A DNA stretch of 64,000 bases from Orbicella franksi (lineage: Eukaryota), in NCBI GenBank assembly GCA_964199315.1, contig OZ116707.1, forward strand, positions 62,001 to 126,000. Direction: 5' to 3'. A program made the position numbers and the translations under genes. The notes beneath the pieces are model-generated. The model ran no database searches, was not told the DNA's origin, and saw only the letters and a list, made by a program, of their open reading frames with translations. This document shows, one piece after another, positions 1-13,529 of this stretch (its first letter is position 1; each line of letters starts with the position of its first letter).

Positions 1-794
1 CATCAAGGAATCTTTTCTTGCCATCAGCCATGGCTTGGATGATTATATCGTAGTGCTGGAATCAACTGAAGTAGTCGACTCTGCTGTCAGTAGGGGCTTT
101 GATCGTGACATGTGTCCAATCAATTGCACCAGCCACATTTGGAAGATGAGAAGGCACTTCGAAAGTTTCCCTTGTTTCAACAACTTGAGCGTCAGTTTCT
201 GGGAATTTCACATAATCATTTTTGATAGCAACAAGTCCTGTAACGATGTCTTTGATGGCCTTGATTACTGTTGTTGTCCCAACGTTAAAACCAGGCCCAA
301 TCGAAACATATGTTCCTCCACGAGCTAAGCGTGAGTCCAATAGCCAATACTTTTTCTGGCTCAATATACCTTCTAAAGCGAGTGTTTTGTCTTGTGATGT
401 ATGGGCGAAGGACATCCAAAAGCAAACGGAAGGTAGCTCTTCTCATTCGTAGCTGTTTCCTAAAATATTCGTCTGGGATTCTTGGGTCATTATAATGAAT
501 GTCAAACCATGAATCGGCGGGTCGAGGGAGAATCCAAAAGTATGGATGTCTATGCCGATTTCATCTTCACCTTCGAGTCTCGGGCAGTCTCAGAAAAGCT
601 CTCCCCTCTAGTTGTATTTGAGCAAGAGACAAAATTACCAGCATCATCCTCAGCTGAGCATACATCTGAAATTGTGGGACAAATGCTGCAGCTACAAAAA
701 GCAGAAAACATCTTGGGATCATGTTGTTATGAAATATGATTTCCCGCCATGTACTGCAAAGATCAGGAGTTGCCGAAATGTAAACATTTCGCAC
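1..794 (-). pseudogene. PIF/Harbinger DDE transposase (HARBI1/DDE_Tnp_4-like), frameshifted, runs off window start
   Basis: Joined frames read FWILPRPADSWFDIHYNDPRIPDEYFRKQLRMRRATFRLLLDVLRPYITRQNTRFRRYIEPEKVLAIGL, then a shift near 330, then RLARGGTYVSIGPGFNVGTTTV...LPNVAGAIDWTHVTIKAP (GAIDGTH-type motif of this family). Confidence 0.85.
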
Positions 795-1376
795 TTGTCA
801 AACGTAAAGAAAACGCTAGTGCGATGGCGCATGGACAACAGACAAATTGTTGGTGGACAAACTTTAGCCAAATCCTGTGGAGTTTGCCCTGGGACATTTG
901 AAATGTCTGGCTCTAGTGCAATTTGACACTAAGCCAATTACGTTTGTATAGCTTAAGAAGTAAGCTTAAGCATTTTTGTAGCTGGTCGAACGATTTGATT
1001 TTGTATGTCAGCTCAACCTTGTGTTTATAATTATTTTAAGTGGCTTGACAATGAAAGGTCTCCACGACTGAGTTATTAGATTGGAACCGAAAATAAATGC
1101 CTAGAGTGGCTTTAGCTCGAACTTACTTGTTGGTTGTGTGTTTTTTTTGCCGTATTTTTCCAGCCAACAAAGTGCCAGCTGCCTTCGGGAAACTGTGGAA
1201 AATGTTCCTTGGGTCTGGCTTTCATGTTTGGGGTGTATTCTTTAGAGTCTTGAGCTGGTCAATGAGGTGCAAATGTTGCTAGGAAAGCAAGGAACCGGGT
1301 GTAACTGTGTTTTCATGTCGGCGGCATTTTGTGGGAGGGGGGGACGACGACCGCTGACCTAGGAAGTGTTGGCCTA

Positions 1377-1604
1377 GAGCCCGTTTCTCCAGGGTCCTGA
1401 AAAGTTTTTGCACTCGCAAACCCGTAGCAAAATCTCAAACCTGATGATCACAGAGCTGTGTTATGGACATATTTTTAATATGAACAGAGGATCTGTTCAT
1501 GCAAGAAGTTTCAGGTGTATGCACCCCTCTCTTTTTAGAAAAAGATCAACTAAAAATGGCTTTGCGGGCCCTAAAAATTTCCAGGCCTTTCAAGAACAGA
1601 GCCC
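1377..1604. repeat. Decayed MITE-like repeat with imperfect terminal inverted repeats
   Basis: Starts GAGCCCGTTTCTCC and ends TTTCAAGAACAGAGCCC, an imperfect inverted pair; about 230 bp, non-coding. Confidence 0.4.
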
Positions 1605-3679
1605 CGGGACAAATAATGTACACTTTTCACGTGCCTATTTATACGAATTTTTAAAATGGCTACGGTTTGGGTAATTGAAAATAGCTTGCAAATCCGTTCG
1701 AGCAAATTGTGCATCGCGTACGTATCCAGGATCTCTTCAATTCCTACTGCGTCATTCTGGTGAAGTTTCTGTAAGTCGTGTTTGCTATGGTTTTCTTTAT
1801 TTTTCGCCTAGCTTCCTTGACTTACATTATTGTTGTTTTCACTTTCTATTTGCTTGTCATTTTTTCTAGTCAAACTCGTAATTGTGTAAACAAATAAAGT
1901 CGTGCGATGTTTGAAGTTCAGTGCCAGTTTGATTTCCACTCGATTAATACTATGGTGAGCCTTTCGCACGCTCATTGGCCGTTTACCGAGAAAGGATCAG
2001 TTATATTGGGCCAGATTAAAAAGAGCTATTACAATAAACATTTTATTGAACTAGCTTGTTCTGTATTGTTCTCGCTGAACGTCTAAATTTCGCACACAAA
2101 AAGACTAGACACACGCACACAAACAACTCTTTGCTCAATGTTTGTGCAAGTTTCTTGCTAGGGGAATCCCCCCGCTGGTTCCCAGGCTTTCTCCCGTTCT
2201 ATTGTTAATAGCAATAGAGGTCCAAGTGTCGATTGAAATAGCGCTTGTGAAGATCTACTTTTTCCGCATGGGCCTAATCTGGCACAAAGACCTTTGAATT
2301 TAGTAGCCACCGTTTTTAATGACAAAAATATACAAATCACATGTACGCTCATTTGGAAACCAAAGGTGAAGAAGCGCAACTAAGCTTAGCAAGTATGTAC
2401 ATTGTGTGGAGCCTGAAAGACCAGAACATTGAGTGCAACATGCTATATTGCACATTATCTCGGAAGTTAATGATGTCTGTTGTATTTTTGAAATACGACC
2501 GGGTCTTGTTGTTTAGCGATAGGCTGAAGGGATATGGAAAAGGAACCCTCCACATGCATGACACAGGCTTTTAGTCAGGTTTTGACTGAAAAAGTGAGTA
2601 ATCGAAAATGGGCTATAGCACCAATAAACACACATAAAAAGTGACTATCTCATTTCTTTTGGGAATTTTAACGCAAGGCTAAAAATATCCGATCTAGCAA
2701 TGTTATCAAAACTCTCGGGAGTTGCTCTCCGTGCTGTTCTTTTTCATCAAAGTTTCACTCCCCTGGCTGGCTATGTCATTAAGCATTTTCCTTTGAGAAT
2801 TTTGCAATAAAAACAGTAATAAGACACTTACTTCTATATTATAGCCCTTTGAGGGCTAATAAAACTGACAACATCAACGACTGAATTCATTCACAGTACT
2901 TGTCATTGTGTGGGACAAACACAATTGTGTGTAATACATGATCTAACCACATTTCACTCATCAAACAAAAACGTGCTTAATTATGGACTGCATAATGTGG
3001 TTCTACTTAGTGTCTTGAATAGAATTCAACCATTTTTGCCCTGAAATTGCATAGGGTCATTTTCATGGTGAATCCACCCTAAGCGAATGAGCCAATCTTC
3101 AAATCTGTCCTTCAGCGACTTGAGATTACTCAAAATCCACCCCTCTAGGGTTCAATCCCATTTCCAAGTGGTCAGAATGGAAACTTGATTTTCTCTCATC
3201 CGACAGCCGTGAATTTAACTAGTACCCTTCTCTTTTTAAGGGGACAGCTAAGCCATGCTTTTGTAAACTCCCCTTGTGTGCTCAGATTACAATTACGAAG
3301 TCACGCAATGTAGGTCAAGTCACGCCAACGATATGATTCGTGAGAAATGTATTAGAAATTATGAGAAATGTACTGACTAGTCAAAATATTGTAGCCAGGT
3401 TTTTAAATCCATTAATATACTTTCTTTGCTGGAAAAAGATTTCAAAAAATTGTGTGAAAGGAACATTTTTCCACTGAAAAAAGTACTGAAATTAAAAAGT
3501 TTAACATGAGACATGCCCAACGATAACGTAACTAACGGGGGTCTTTTTCTTCCGACTGGGTGACATCAGACAACATTTGACTTGTCAAAATTAAGGGATG
3601 GTTTCTTTGAATGAAGGGATGTTCTGTTAGTTGGTTTGTTGACATGGCTAGAATTTCATAAGAGAGCAAGCACTTGGGC

Positions 3680-5060
3680 TCATTTTAAAAGTGCACCACT
3701 TGGCACAAAGAAACAAAAACCTTAAAGCCAGTTTACCAGCACATGTGTCTCTCTCACAGACATGTCACAACTGAGATCTCTTGTGGTTGCAAAATAGCAA
3801 TCTAAAAAACCAACAAATCTGACATAAACTGTCACAAGAAATGAGGAATACACACACTTTTGGAAGTATTGCTGTTCCTGCCTCATCTCCGTAGATCTGC
3901 CTGATCAGTACTTGCTTATGTTCCCTGTAGTTCATATGTGAAAAGGAACCTGTGAACATATCAAAAACATTGTACATTTGATTAGCAAACAGTTACCAAG
4001 TACTGCAAATGTCCACTTAAGTCAGAGTTTAATTCTCATGAATTCCCATGAATTTCATGATAATCATTATATTAATGAATATTTTTCTGACAAATGCTTT
4101 TCTGCTTTGCACTGCAATATTAGGAGCTTGTCAGCTAACCGTGATAATCTGCAACATATGCTGTCTGAATGATATTTGCCTATTTCAATAGTGGGTCTCG
4201 CTGAGATTAAGCTTAAAGTTGACCAAAGTTTTTTACTCAATACCAAAATGCCAGGTTATTCATTCACTTTTCAACCCAGTCTTTCAAATGCTGGAGGAGT
4301 TGGTTTTTATATTAAGGAAGATCAATTTTTTACAACCAGACCTGATCTTACATCATCCACAAATGACTTTGAGGCTCTGTGGGTAGAGATGCAAAATAGA
4401 TCTCAACGTAACATGATCTGTGGTGTTATTTAGCTGCATCCTCAAGGTAACATGCAAAACTTTCTGGATTTTCTTAACTCCACTACTGAAAAGATTGATA
4501 GGGAGAATAAATTCTGCATCATCTTAGGAGATTTTAATCTTGACCTTAAAATGGATTCTCAACCAGATACAGGTAATTTTTTAAATACTTTGGGGTCCTT
4601 CAACTTTCAACCTCATATTTTACAACCTACTTGCATTACTGACCACTCACAAACTTTAATTGACAACATTTTCTTCAATTCTTTGGAACACCTCACCTTA
4701 AGTGGGAATATTATTTATGATCCTACTGATCATTTACCTAATTTCCTTATTATCAAAAAATTCACTTCTTTACCTAACAATATTAAGATCTACAAAAGAA
4801 ATTATACTAATTTTGATGAATCTGCTCTAATTCAAGATATCCAGTCAGTCGATTGAGAAGGTGTCTTGCATGCCAATCCTGGTCCTAATGTAATGTTTGA
4901 TTCTTTTTATACCAGAATTTCTGACATAATTGATGTTCATATCCCTCTCATACAACTCTCTAAACATGAATTAAGAATGAAATCTAAGCCATGGATAACC
5001 ACTGCTTTAAGGGTCTCAATCAACATAAAAACAAACTTTTCAGACTTTTCAACTTTTCAA
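3680..5060 (+). mobile_element. L2/CR1-type LINE fragment (AP endonuclease and linker), 3' truncated, with stops
   Basis: FSALHCNIRSL, GGVGFYIK, ILGDFNLDL, TLIDNIF, TDHLPNF and KPWIT motifs across ORFs 3978-5072; no RT follows. Confidence 0.85.
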
Positions 5061-5065
5061 TTATT

Positions 5066-7446
5066 AAACTAATTCCACCGAATAGCTCTTTTGTTCCCAT
5101 TGTTTATTGTAGTCTTGCATTCAAAAAGTTAAACATGCCACTTCCTACCATGGATATCTCATCAACAAAAATTGTCTTGAGTTTCTTGAGTTGTGCCCTA
5201 ATGGTATTTAGTCTGTCGCTGTCCAGTGCACAATACTCAAAACCTCTATTTGCAGGTATCTTAAAAGCAGAATGTAATGTATTGCCTTTAATTTTAAAAG
5301 CTGCTTTACCAGTAGGAGCTGCTTTTACAACTTTCACATCATCTGGATTTTCCCCTGCAATACTATTCAGATATCTTATCAATGCTTCATACAATGCATT
5401 GGTGACTTTACTTTTGCCAACTCCAGCACCTCCGCTTAAGAACAATCTAAGAGGGTCATCCCTAGTTTTTATTGAATGTAACACATGATAAATATGTTGT
5501 CTCTGTTTTCATTCGAAGAGTGGACAAGTGCATAATAATTATCATCAGACATCCGCTTTATAAAAAGTTCCTCCTCATCATTACTTCTAGGGAAGATTCC
5601 GATATCAAGTAAATAATTCACTAGGCTTCTCCTTAACAGCACAGTCCTGCTTACTGATATGCTTTGCATTTGGAGCAACAGTGTCAAAGTTGTCATATTC
5701 AGTATTATTCATATCTTCCATTGCTTTATCTAGTATTTCTGAATGGTATTCATGTTGACGCCTATTGCTGATAACTTTATCCTTAACCTGTTCAAATCAT
5801 TCTTGGTAAGTCTAACATTCTTTCATTAAGTCAGTAGTTTCATTTTGCTACGGTGTATAAAGCATAAGCTGTTCTCGAAAATCGTTTTCTGGATCCTTAT
5901 CTTTATTGTACCTAACAGATCGTGTGATTTTAGGCTCCTTTTGTTTTACTAGTTTCATTCCTCTTTAAGTTTGTATTCATGTAGCTCACATTGACACTCA
6001 GTGACATTAATACTAATAGGGTCATTATCAGTATTGTCATAAAAGCTTGTTTCTGGTAAGAAGTCATCAAGACCTGTGACTGATGACCCATTTCCACTCC
6101 AATCAGCCTGTTCATCTTTAACATAGTTATACCATGCAACAAAAGTTAGCTAAACACAACTTTTCTAACTGTTTTGGTCTCCTTTGATAATGCTTAATTA
6201 TGTTGTCAGATTCTATGTAAGGTGAACTGTCAGGCAATTCCTTAAACTTATCCAGTTTCTTTAACAAAAATGTCCTGTAATCTGGAGGTGATGAGCTAAT
6301 AAAATGAAAATCACGGAAACATCTTCTAATGGGCATTTGTAAAACAAGATAAACAGCTTCTTGGGCACTGATTTCAACTGCATTTAAAAATTTGTTTCCA
6401 ATGTGCCTCACTCTATTTGTAATATCTTTATTACCAGATTGGGCTTCTTCAGATGCCTTTTCTAGAAGCCTGCTCATACCTCTCTGTCCTTTTGTAATGT
6501 AAGAGAGTATGTTTGTAGCAGATACATAAGGATCTAATACATATTGAATGTCCATGTTTGCTTGCCAGGCTTTGAGTAAAACATTGTTATAATTGTTTAT
6601 CCTTATTTTGGTTGGTGCCCTTTTCAAACATAACGTTGCCCTCTTTAGGGTGTGTCTTATAGCTAAGAAGTAACTTTCTTCAGTCAATTGTAAGTTGTTA
6701 AGAAAACCTTCAAATGTTATATCTTCATCATAGTTCATGTTGTCAAGAACTTCTTTTATCTTTTCATTTGCAGTTCTTTTAACTTATAGAAGATGTTTGG
6801 TACAGACATTGCAGCTCTTCTATCCTGGCATCTTAGCTCCCACTTGCAAATTGTACTGTATGATACAGGAAACTTTCTTTCATTGTTGACAGGTCTACGT
6901 TTTCCACAGAATATTGTGGGAAATGATAAATATTCAGAATCTTTGTCCATAAATATTCCTAATGGTCTTTTCCCTTCTCCTGGGGCAAAAGAAATTATTG
7001 TCTACATTTTCTACTACATCTGGTTTCTGTAATAGTGTATCTGTGACCCTGGTGGGCGTTCATCAACTTCACACCAATCATTGCTATCTTCTTTTTCACA
7101 GCCTGGATTTTCATCATCTGCATTGGCAATACTATTTTGACAATCTTGTGTTTTATCCTCTGGAACAATTTTATCTGTTTGTGTATGTAACTCATTATTA
7201 CTTGGAGTGTCAGAGTTTTCAACAAATTCACTCCAGTCTTCATGGACACTAGATTGCAAACTTATGTTATCTAACGAAGCATTTTGTACCTCTATACCTT
7301 CTCTCTTGAATAAATCACTTGTGTCTACAAGACATTTGCTGCATCTAATACTTTCTTAGGTCTAATATTTTGAAACTGGTACTGATGCTTATAGCTCAGA
7401 CGCCTTTCAAGTTTTATTGGAATGGTTTGTGATTCATTGATGGTCC
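5066..7446 (-). mobile_element. Helentron/Helitron RepHel, 3' part (post-DUF6570 segment, Rep flanks, PIF1 helicase start); decayed and internally deleted
   Basis: TINESQTIPIKLERRLSYKHQYQFQNIRPKKVLDAA; SEYLSFPTIFCG; NAVEISAQEAVYLVLQMP; Walker A SGGAGVGKS; APTGKAA; Walker B VDEISMVG. No HUH core is visible between 6756 and 6738. Confidence 0.88.
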
Positions 7447-7448
7447 TT

Positions 7449-7830
7449 CCCGTACAAAAAATTTATAGTTTGACATGGTGAGAATCTGGCTTGAATCTGG
7501 CCATAATGTCATTTTTGCGGTGTGAGTTGAACGAGACAAAGCGAGACACCAGATTTGTCCCGCTACAGTAGTTGACTGAGACATTTGACTCGCTATGTTC
7601 TGAGCGATAATATGGCCAGAATTTAGCGTGATCGAGCGAGTCTGATTTCACATTGTTTACGATGATTAACGTGACATTCATCTGGCGGTATTATGACCGG
7701 GAATGGAACGATACATTGACATGATGGTTTAAAATTATTTACGAGCCCCTGTATTCTGAGACCATGACTTTTGTCATGCTCGCATATCGGCGATAATATG
7801 GCTGGCTTTGAGCGTGTCCCAAACACAACA
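7449..7830. repeat. Left subterminal repeat region of the EnSpm element
   Basis: GAATCTGGC twice, CGAGACAAAGCGAGAC and GCGATAATAT motifs, mirrored at 24160-24523. Confidence 0.6.
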
Positions 7831-8615
7831 ATAAAATCAGTTCTGTTTGCAGAGCTGCCATTCGTGAAGATAATTGATTCGTAAAATTAACTTACGTGAA
7901 ATAGAATAATCATTTTGGAGGAGAATCTCGCAGAGCCCAAATAAAATTATTTTCGTCATTATATTAACCTAATTGAATCCAGTGTTTTTGTTTTTTTGTT
8001 ACATTAGATTTCAATATTACATTTTGCATATATTTGTGCGACTGGAGGAAGTTCGTGGAAAAGATAAACATGATCTCTTTATCACATACAGACATACAAT
8101 AAGCATAGTTTATTTCTGTTTCTGTATTTGCAATGCCAGCACACCGCAGTTATATCAAGTGCTGCGATGATATTCGAAAAAGCAACGGTGAAATAAAACA
8201 TTTCAATGTTGAACCTAAATTAAACGTAAACGTAGCACGGACGTGAAAGAATTTGAGAAATTTTATCTTACGACTCTTCATTTACCGTGCAAATGTAATA
8301 ACACAAAGGCGGTATACGATGTGCAATTTTACAAACAAGAAAGAACTTGTTGCAAATACCTGCGATTGCCAGAGACATTAAAACCAGCGCACAGTTCTGC
8401 GACAGTTGGGGAACAACAAACAGCATAAGAAGGCATTGAGAAGTAATCTATATGCAATAAGGCCCCATTAAGTAGGCGATCTCATAGGTTGTTGATGTAT
8501 TACTGTCATCACGGCCGCTACAAAGAAAACAACTTGTGCTTTAGATCAAGACAAATTCACGCCTGGCTAACCTTTCCTGAAAGTGCTTTCGACAAATACT
8601 TTTCCATTTTAGTTT

Positions 8616-10756
8616 TCAATCACGCTCTTTCTTATTAGGAAATTCGCACACGTAGGCCATGGAGTCCTCTTGTCTTCCTTCCACTGCTACGTTCAATGAA
8701 ATGTATAAACAGTTTGTGTAAATGCCTTGGAGATTAAGCACAACTATCTTCTCAAGAGAAAAATGTGTGACTCGAGTGATATGTACCTTTGGATTGTAGT
8801 TGTTGCACGAAATTGGGTGAGCTATGGCAAGAAAAGTGGGCTCTTTCACAGAACTCGGCTCATATTTGATGCAGAACTTCACCATTGCAAACACCCATGT
8901 GTTGTTCACGCGATACTTAACAACCGCGCAATTTCTTTTGCGCAGACGCTTACACGGCAGGCCGCAAATTATGGGCAACAAAGTCGTTATTTCTAGTCTA
9001 TTGAATGCCCAAAATCGTTCTATGGGGCAGGAAAACCCAAGATATTTCTCCAGGGCATTCATTTCCGCAATTCCTAAACACACCTGATATGCTGCACTTA
9101 AGACATACATATTTGAAAGGATTTCAGTCCTAAATTTAGATTTTCTAGCGTGGTTCAAGTCTTCATAAAGTAGATCAATTTCAGATCCTTTAGAGATACA
9201 CTTCTCACGAACTTCGGGTAGTTTCTGGGTTATAGATACGGCAGAGATTATTTGGCTGTCAATGAACTGTGTTCCGTGGATAAGCTTTAAGAGAAATCCA
9301 TTTTTGTCTTCAAATGCAAAACAGCTGTGTGTGTAAGTGGTCCAAGGTCTCTGACATCGTCCACTAAATGCAGTAACTGGTGAATGTTTAAGGGGTAGAA
9401 ACGTGGTTGATATAAGTTTGAAAAGGACTTACAAAAGCCATCAAGGAGTCTGTCAGCTTCTTGCAAATCTGCTTCAGAAATTGATTCTTGTAAAAGAATA
9501 AAAATGGCGTTGACGAACAATGTGTAGTGGGAGAAATAAGTGTCAGGTAAAAGGCCATATAACGTAGGGAACCCGTAAAACAGAAGAAATGAACGTAACT
9601 CGCTAGCTTTCCAATACTTTAAGTGTTTGGAAACAGACCGTGGAAGTCGCTTTACTTCAAAGGTTGGTGAAATCTGATTTAGCCTCTCATCGATGTTCTC
9701 CACTTTGGAGAATATACTAAAGTGTTCCTTTGAAAAGGCAGGACTAAACCACAAAGTCAGAAGTAATTTCTGGACACCAAGAAGAACTCCATGCATGTAG
9801 TCAATGCCCATGCCTCGCACTAAGTCAAAGTGCTGTAGTAAAGAAAGCCGCGATGGCCCTTTTACTCCATTCACAACATATCAATTTAAACCCTGTTTTT
9901 GGCGCCTGGCGGCTTCAAATCCGTTGTCTTTTACATTTTCTGAAGCTCTAATTGGCCCTTTAGGATTATCTTCTTGATAGGGAAATGTTCTGGAGTGACC
10001 ACGAATACCTGTCTTAACAGTTTGGCCTGGTTGTAACCATTTCCAGCAGCCATTTTCACCGTTATATTGCATACCATTGCACAGTAAGCAACAAGCTGGA
10101 AGGTCACAAGTGCAGGCAAGCAAAATTCCTCTGCAAAGGAAGTTTCCTCTCTCCGGTGAGTTAACGTAAACACCCTTTTCAAGTGCTGCAAAAGAGTGTG
10201 AGTGTGGTTTGAGGAAAGTTCATTGTTATCAATAAAATCGATTGGGAAATGCGGTTGGGAAGGTTTGTGACGGAAATCTTCTGATTAGAACTTTGAGTTG
10301 TCTCCGTGGTGTCTGATGGTCTCAGATCCTCTTAACGGAATGGTGGACTCAGCAGTGTATCCTGTGCTGAAAGCGGCCTCTTGTTGCACGCCTAATTCCT
10401 CGGAGGCCAATTCACAGGGCTGGATCGTGCGTGGCAAACTTGGCAAGGAAAGGGGAATGGTAACATCTGTGAATAAATATTCGTCCTCAGTTGTCCTTTG
10501 GCGCTTTGAACATTTTTCGTTTCTAGGAACATTTGACATGTTCTGTTCGGTGCTACAAAGCATTGCTCACACAGACCAATCTCGACTCACTGTACTGACT
10601 GAGAACAACTACGGAGCAATGATTTCAGTGTAACAGTATCACACCCTTGATGAGATATTTGTAGTTTGAAGTGATGACCCAGGGTCAAGCTTTTGGCTTC
10701 TTTGAGGCATGTCACCACCAGATATCAATGTTTCTTCAGCCAATGGTATAGTCCAT
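8616..10756 (-). pseudogene. EnSpm/CACTA-type transposase; frameshifted and apparently internally deleted near 10125
   Basis: CDLPA..LLCNGMQYNGENGC, GIDYMHGVLLGV, RLPRSV...WKASELRSFLLFY, HQLLHLVDDVRDLGPL-(Y)THSCFAFEDKNG. The ATG at 10756 is tentative. Confidence 0.85.
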
Positions 10757-10944
10757 AATGGCTGTCACTTGGCGTGCCTATCAACTTCTGAAGTAATGAG
10801 AGGCCCTGATTGGCTGCCGTTTTGAAAGCTCATTTCAATCGGTTTTGCGAACTGTTCGAGTAGGAGTTTTGGCACAAATTGTGACCGTTTGGGTTGTTTA
10901 GCCTCCTTTTTCCTATTTTTGGAGCTTTTCCACTGTCTGAGGTA
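10757..10944. promoter_or_regulatory. Putative bidirectional promoter between transposase and BEN gene
   Basis: About 190-bp gap between divergent putative ATGs; contains CTGATTGGCTG (reverse CCAAT box) near 10807. Confidence 0.35.
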
Positions 10945-12336
10945 ATGGCCGAGATTTTTTATGCCTGTGCATATTTTGCTTGCAACAAGACAGTCAGTGT
11001 TGTACCGAAGTCTAAGTGCATACTACAGGGTGAGTTCAAGGAGCAAGAGAAAGTAGGAGTGAAATGGCGCATTCAGGGAAAGCAGCAAGTGTTTATTGGG
11101 ACTATCCTCCATGTGTGCCCAAAATGTAAGTAAACATATTAAGTAGAAATGCAAATCGCAAGTATATTTGAAGCTGCTTAACTATTGCTGCCTTTGTCCG
11201 ACTCTTAATTTTTCCCAAATTAATATTTTAAACCGTTGCTGATGGCGCACATTTCGGCTGATACCTGCACAGCTCCAGAATAGTTGCATACGCCTGCACT
11301 CTATTAATACTTCTTTTCAGACAATCGTTTTAATTATTACAAAGGCCAAAGTATCTTTGCCCCATTTCTTGCTTTTATGCAATTTAGTGCCACAAATATA
11401 TGTTGTTGTACTTGGATTTCCATTCACAAATAAGCGCGGGAAACCCCGTGTCAACATCTTTAAGATGCTATTCTCAAGTCAAAGTTCGTGTTCAGTGTTA
11501 AACAAACAATCTAAACACGAATGAAAACGTCTTGAAAATGTCACTCCCTTGCGTGGTTTTCAAAAAAAAAAATTTTTGTATTGGAATGTTCAGTTTCTTC
11601 AAGTTTGCGTGTTTATTGCGCTTGGCTGAAAAGAAAAGGCACGTGACCATTTGAATTTTGGCTGAGAGGAACTAGGATCTAAATACTTTTTCGGTGAAAT
11701 TGTTGATTATTAAAAGGAATGCCTTTCGGATATTTAGAAACTGGTACTAGGTCTGCATTAGATTAAATAATTACTTATTACTAGGAGCCTTTTTCATGAG
11801 ATTGTGAGCAGGTCTGATTTTTTCTTTCTTTTTCATTACCGGAGTGCAAACTTGCCTGTCACGAATGTGGTGCCATGGAGGGAAATAGATTTGTTTCTAT
11901 GTTCTGCATTGTGTTACCTGTGAAAAAAAGTTTTGCATGAAGTATATCTAGTAGACTACACTTGTATATCTTTGGCTATAGCTGAGAAACATCTTCTGGA
12001 CAGCTATGCAGCACACTTGCACCTGTTCATCAGATCAGCCATAAGTCAAGGCCGTGACTATATCACCGCAGACTTGATTCAACAGTGGCGCAAAGAGAAG
12101 ACGCCTAGTGATGATGACTTTGACAACGAATCAAGCTCTCCTCCCAGGAAAGAGGTTCGTTTCCAAGGCGAAAGAAAGCAATGCAAACGACTCACTGAGA
12201 AGAAGTAATAAAGACGAGACACAGCAAAAGAAGAGCATTGCTGCATCCTCTATGTTGGCTTCACAGGAAATCATTACAGTTACACAATACAACGATGTTT
12301 TCCCCGTCATAAGTGCTCCACGCAACGATCACCCAC

Positions 12337-12750
12337 AGCAACAGCAACAGTTCGAGCAGCAGCGACAACAACAGCAAACACAGCAACAGCAACAGCAACA
12401 ACTTCAGCAGCAGCGTCAACAACAGCAAACGCAGCAGCAGCAACAGCAACAACTTCAACAGCAGCGACAACAACAGCCACAGCTTCAGCAACAGCGACAA
12501 CAGCAAATGCAGTCGTGGCAACAACTTCAGCAACAGCAACAGCAACTGCAGCAGCGGCAGCAACAGCAACAACTTCAGCAGCAGCGACAACAGCAACCCC
12601 AACAGCAAATGCAGCAGCAACAAACGCAGCAACTGCATAGTCAGCATCAACACACACCGGAACAGCAACACCGCAACCAGCGCATGTCGCAACAGCAATG
12701 TCTTCAGAGGCAGCAACAAAAACTGCCAGAACAGCAGAATCAGCAGCGAC
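12337..12750 (+). repeat. CAG/CAA-rich repeat encoding a polyQ tract
   Basis: Recurring CAACTTCAGCAGCAGCGACAACAACAG-type units in ORF 12108-12917. Confidence 0.95.
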
Positions 12751-13529
12751 AGAAACAAAAACAACCTGCAACCCAAGCAAGTATATCAACAGCAGCCTCA
12801 GCAACGCCAACCTGTGCCGCAGCCGAATTGTACTCAAGAATGAATTGTTCTACAGCACTGTACCCCACCAGAGGTAAACAATCAACTAACAAATCTGTTA
12901 CCACTAACAAGTCTTGATCAACTCATGGAAGAGCAACAACAGAGGCCACAAGGTATGGGAATCCAGTGAGTGCGGTGAATCTAGACGAGGCTAATGATTT
13001 GGGAACCACGAGATCGGCTTTGAAGTCAGCCATGATAACTCTGGCAGAGTATGAAGAAGACTTCCACGACGATCCTGAAGATGGACCTTCTCTTGATGAC
13101 TCTGGTATTACTGAAGATATCACTGGAATCGACGTAGAAAGTGAAAATTGCGAAGTTGATCCACATATTCAATTAGCTGCCTTGAAAAAGAAAATTACAG
13201 AAATGGAAAAAGAGAATGAGGAGCTAAAGGTTCAGCTGAAGGCTTTCCAATATGCTGGTATGTTTTTCTACTAAAAATATGTAGGTTAAGTAGTGAAGCC
13301 TGCCCTCAGCCTCTTACCCCTAACCCACACATCAGAAAGAAGAAACCCACACACGTAATCTGCATAGCACAAAGTATAAAATTTAATCCAATAATCCGAT
13401 AAGATAATCCGATTACGTATGCATGAAAGACAAATGACTTTCTGAAGCTACTTACCCTTAAAGTTAAGGCCATTTCTCTCAAATGCTTTGAAAATTGTGA
13501 ATAAAAGACCTTCCAATTATTGAGTTCCC

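Noticed and set aside
4866-4890. HANPGP as a 2A motif
   Set aside because: No upstream D-x-E, and it lies in the LINE linker after the endonuclease.
4991-5488. Long antisense ORFs (also 31070-31540, 50424-51047, 56994-57440)
   Set aside because: Antisense to real TE coding regions, with no motifs of their own.
8510-8530. CACGGCC as an EnSpm left end paired with GGACCGTG at 23654-23661
   Set aside because: Weak match and no TSD; the 7449/24523 ends restore the Helentron frame and fit better.
12261-12843. Long poly-Leu, poly-Ala/Val and poly-Ser/Asn ORFs
   Set aside because: Shadow frames of the CAG/CAA repeat.
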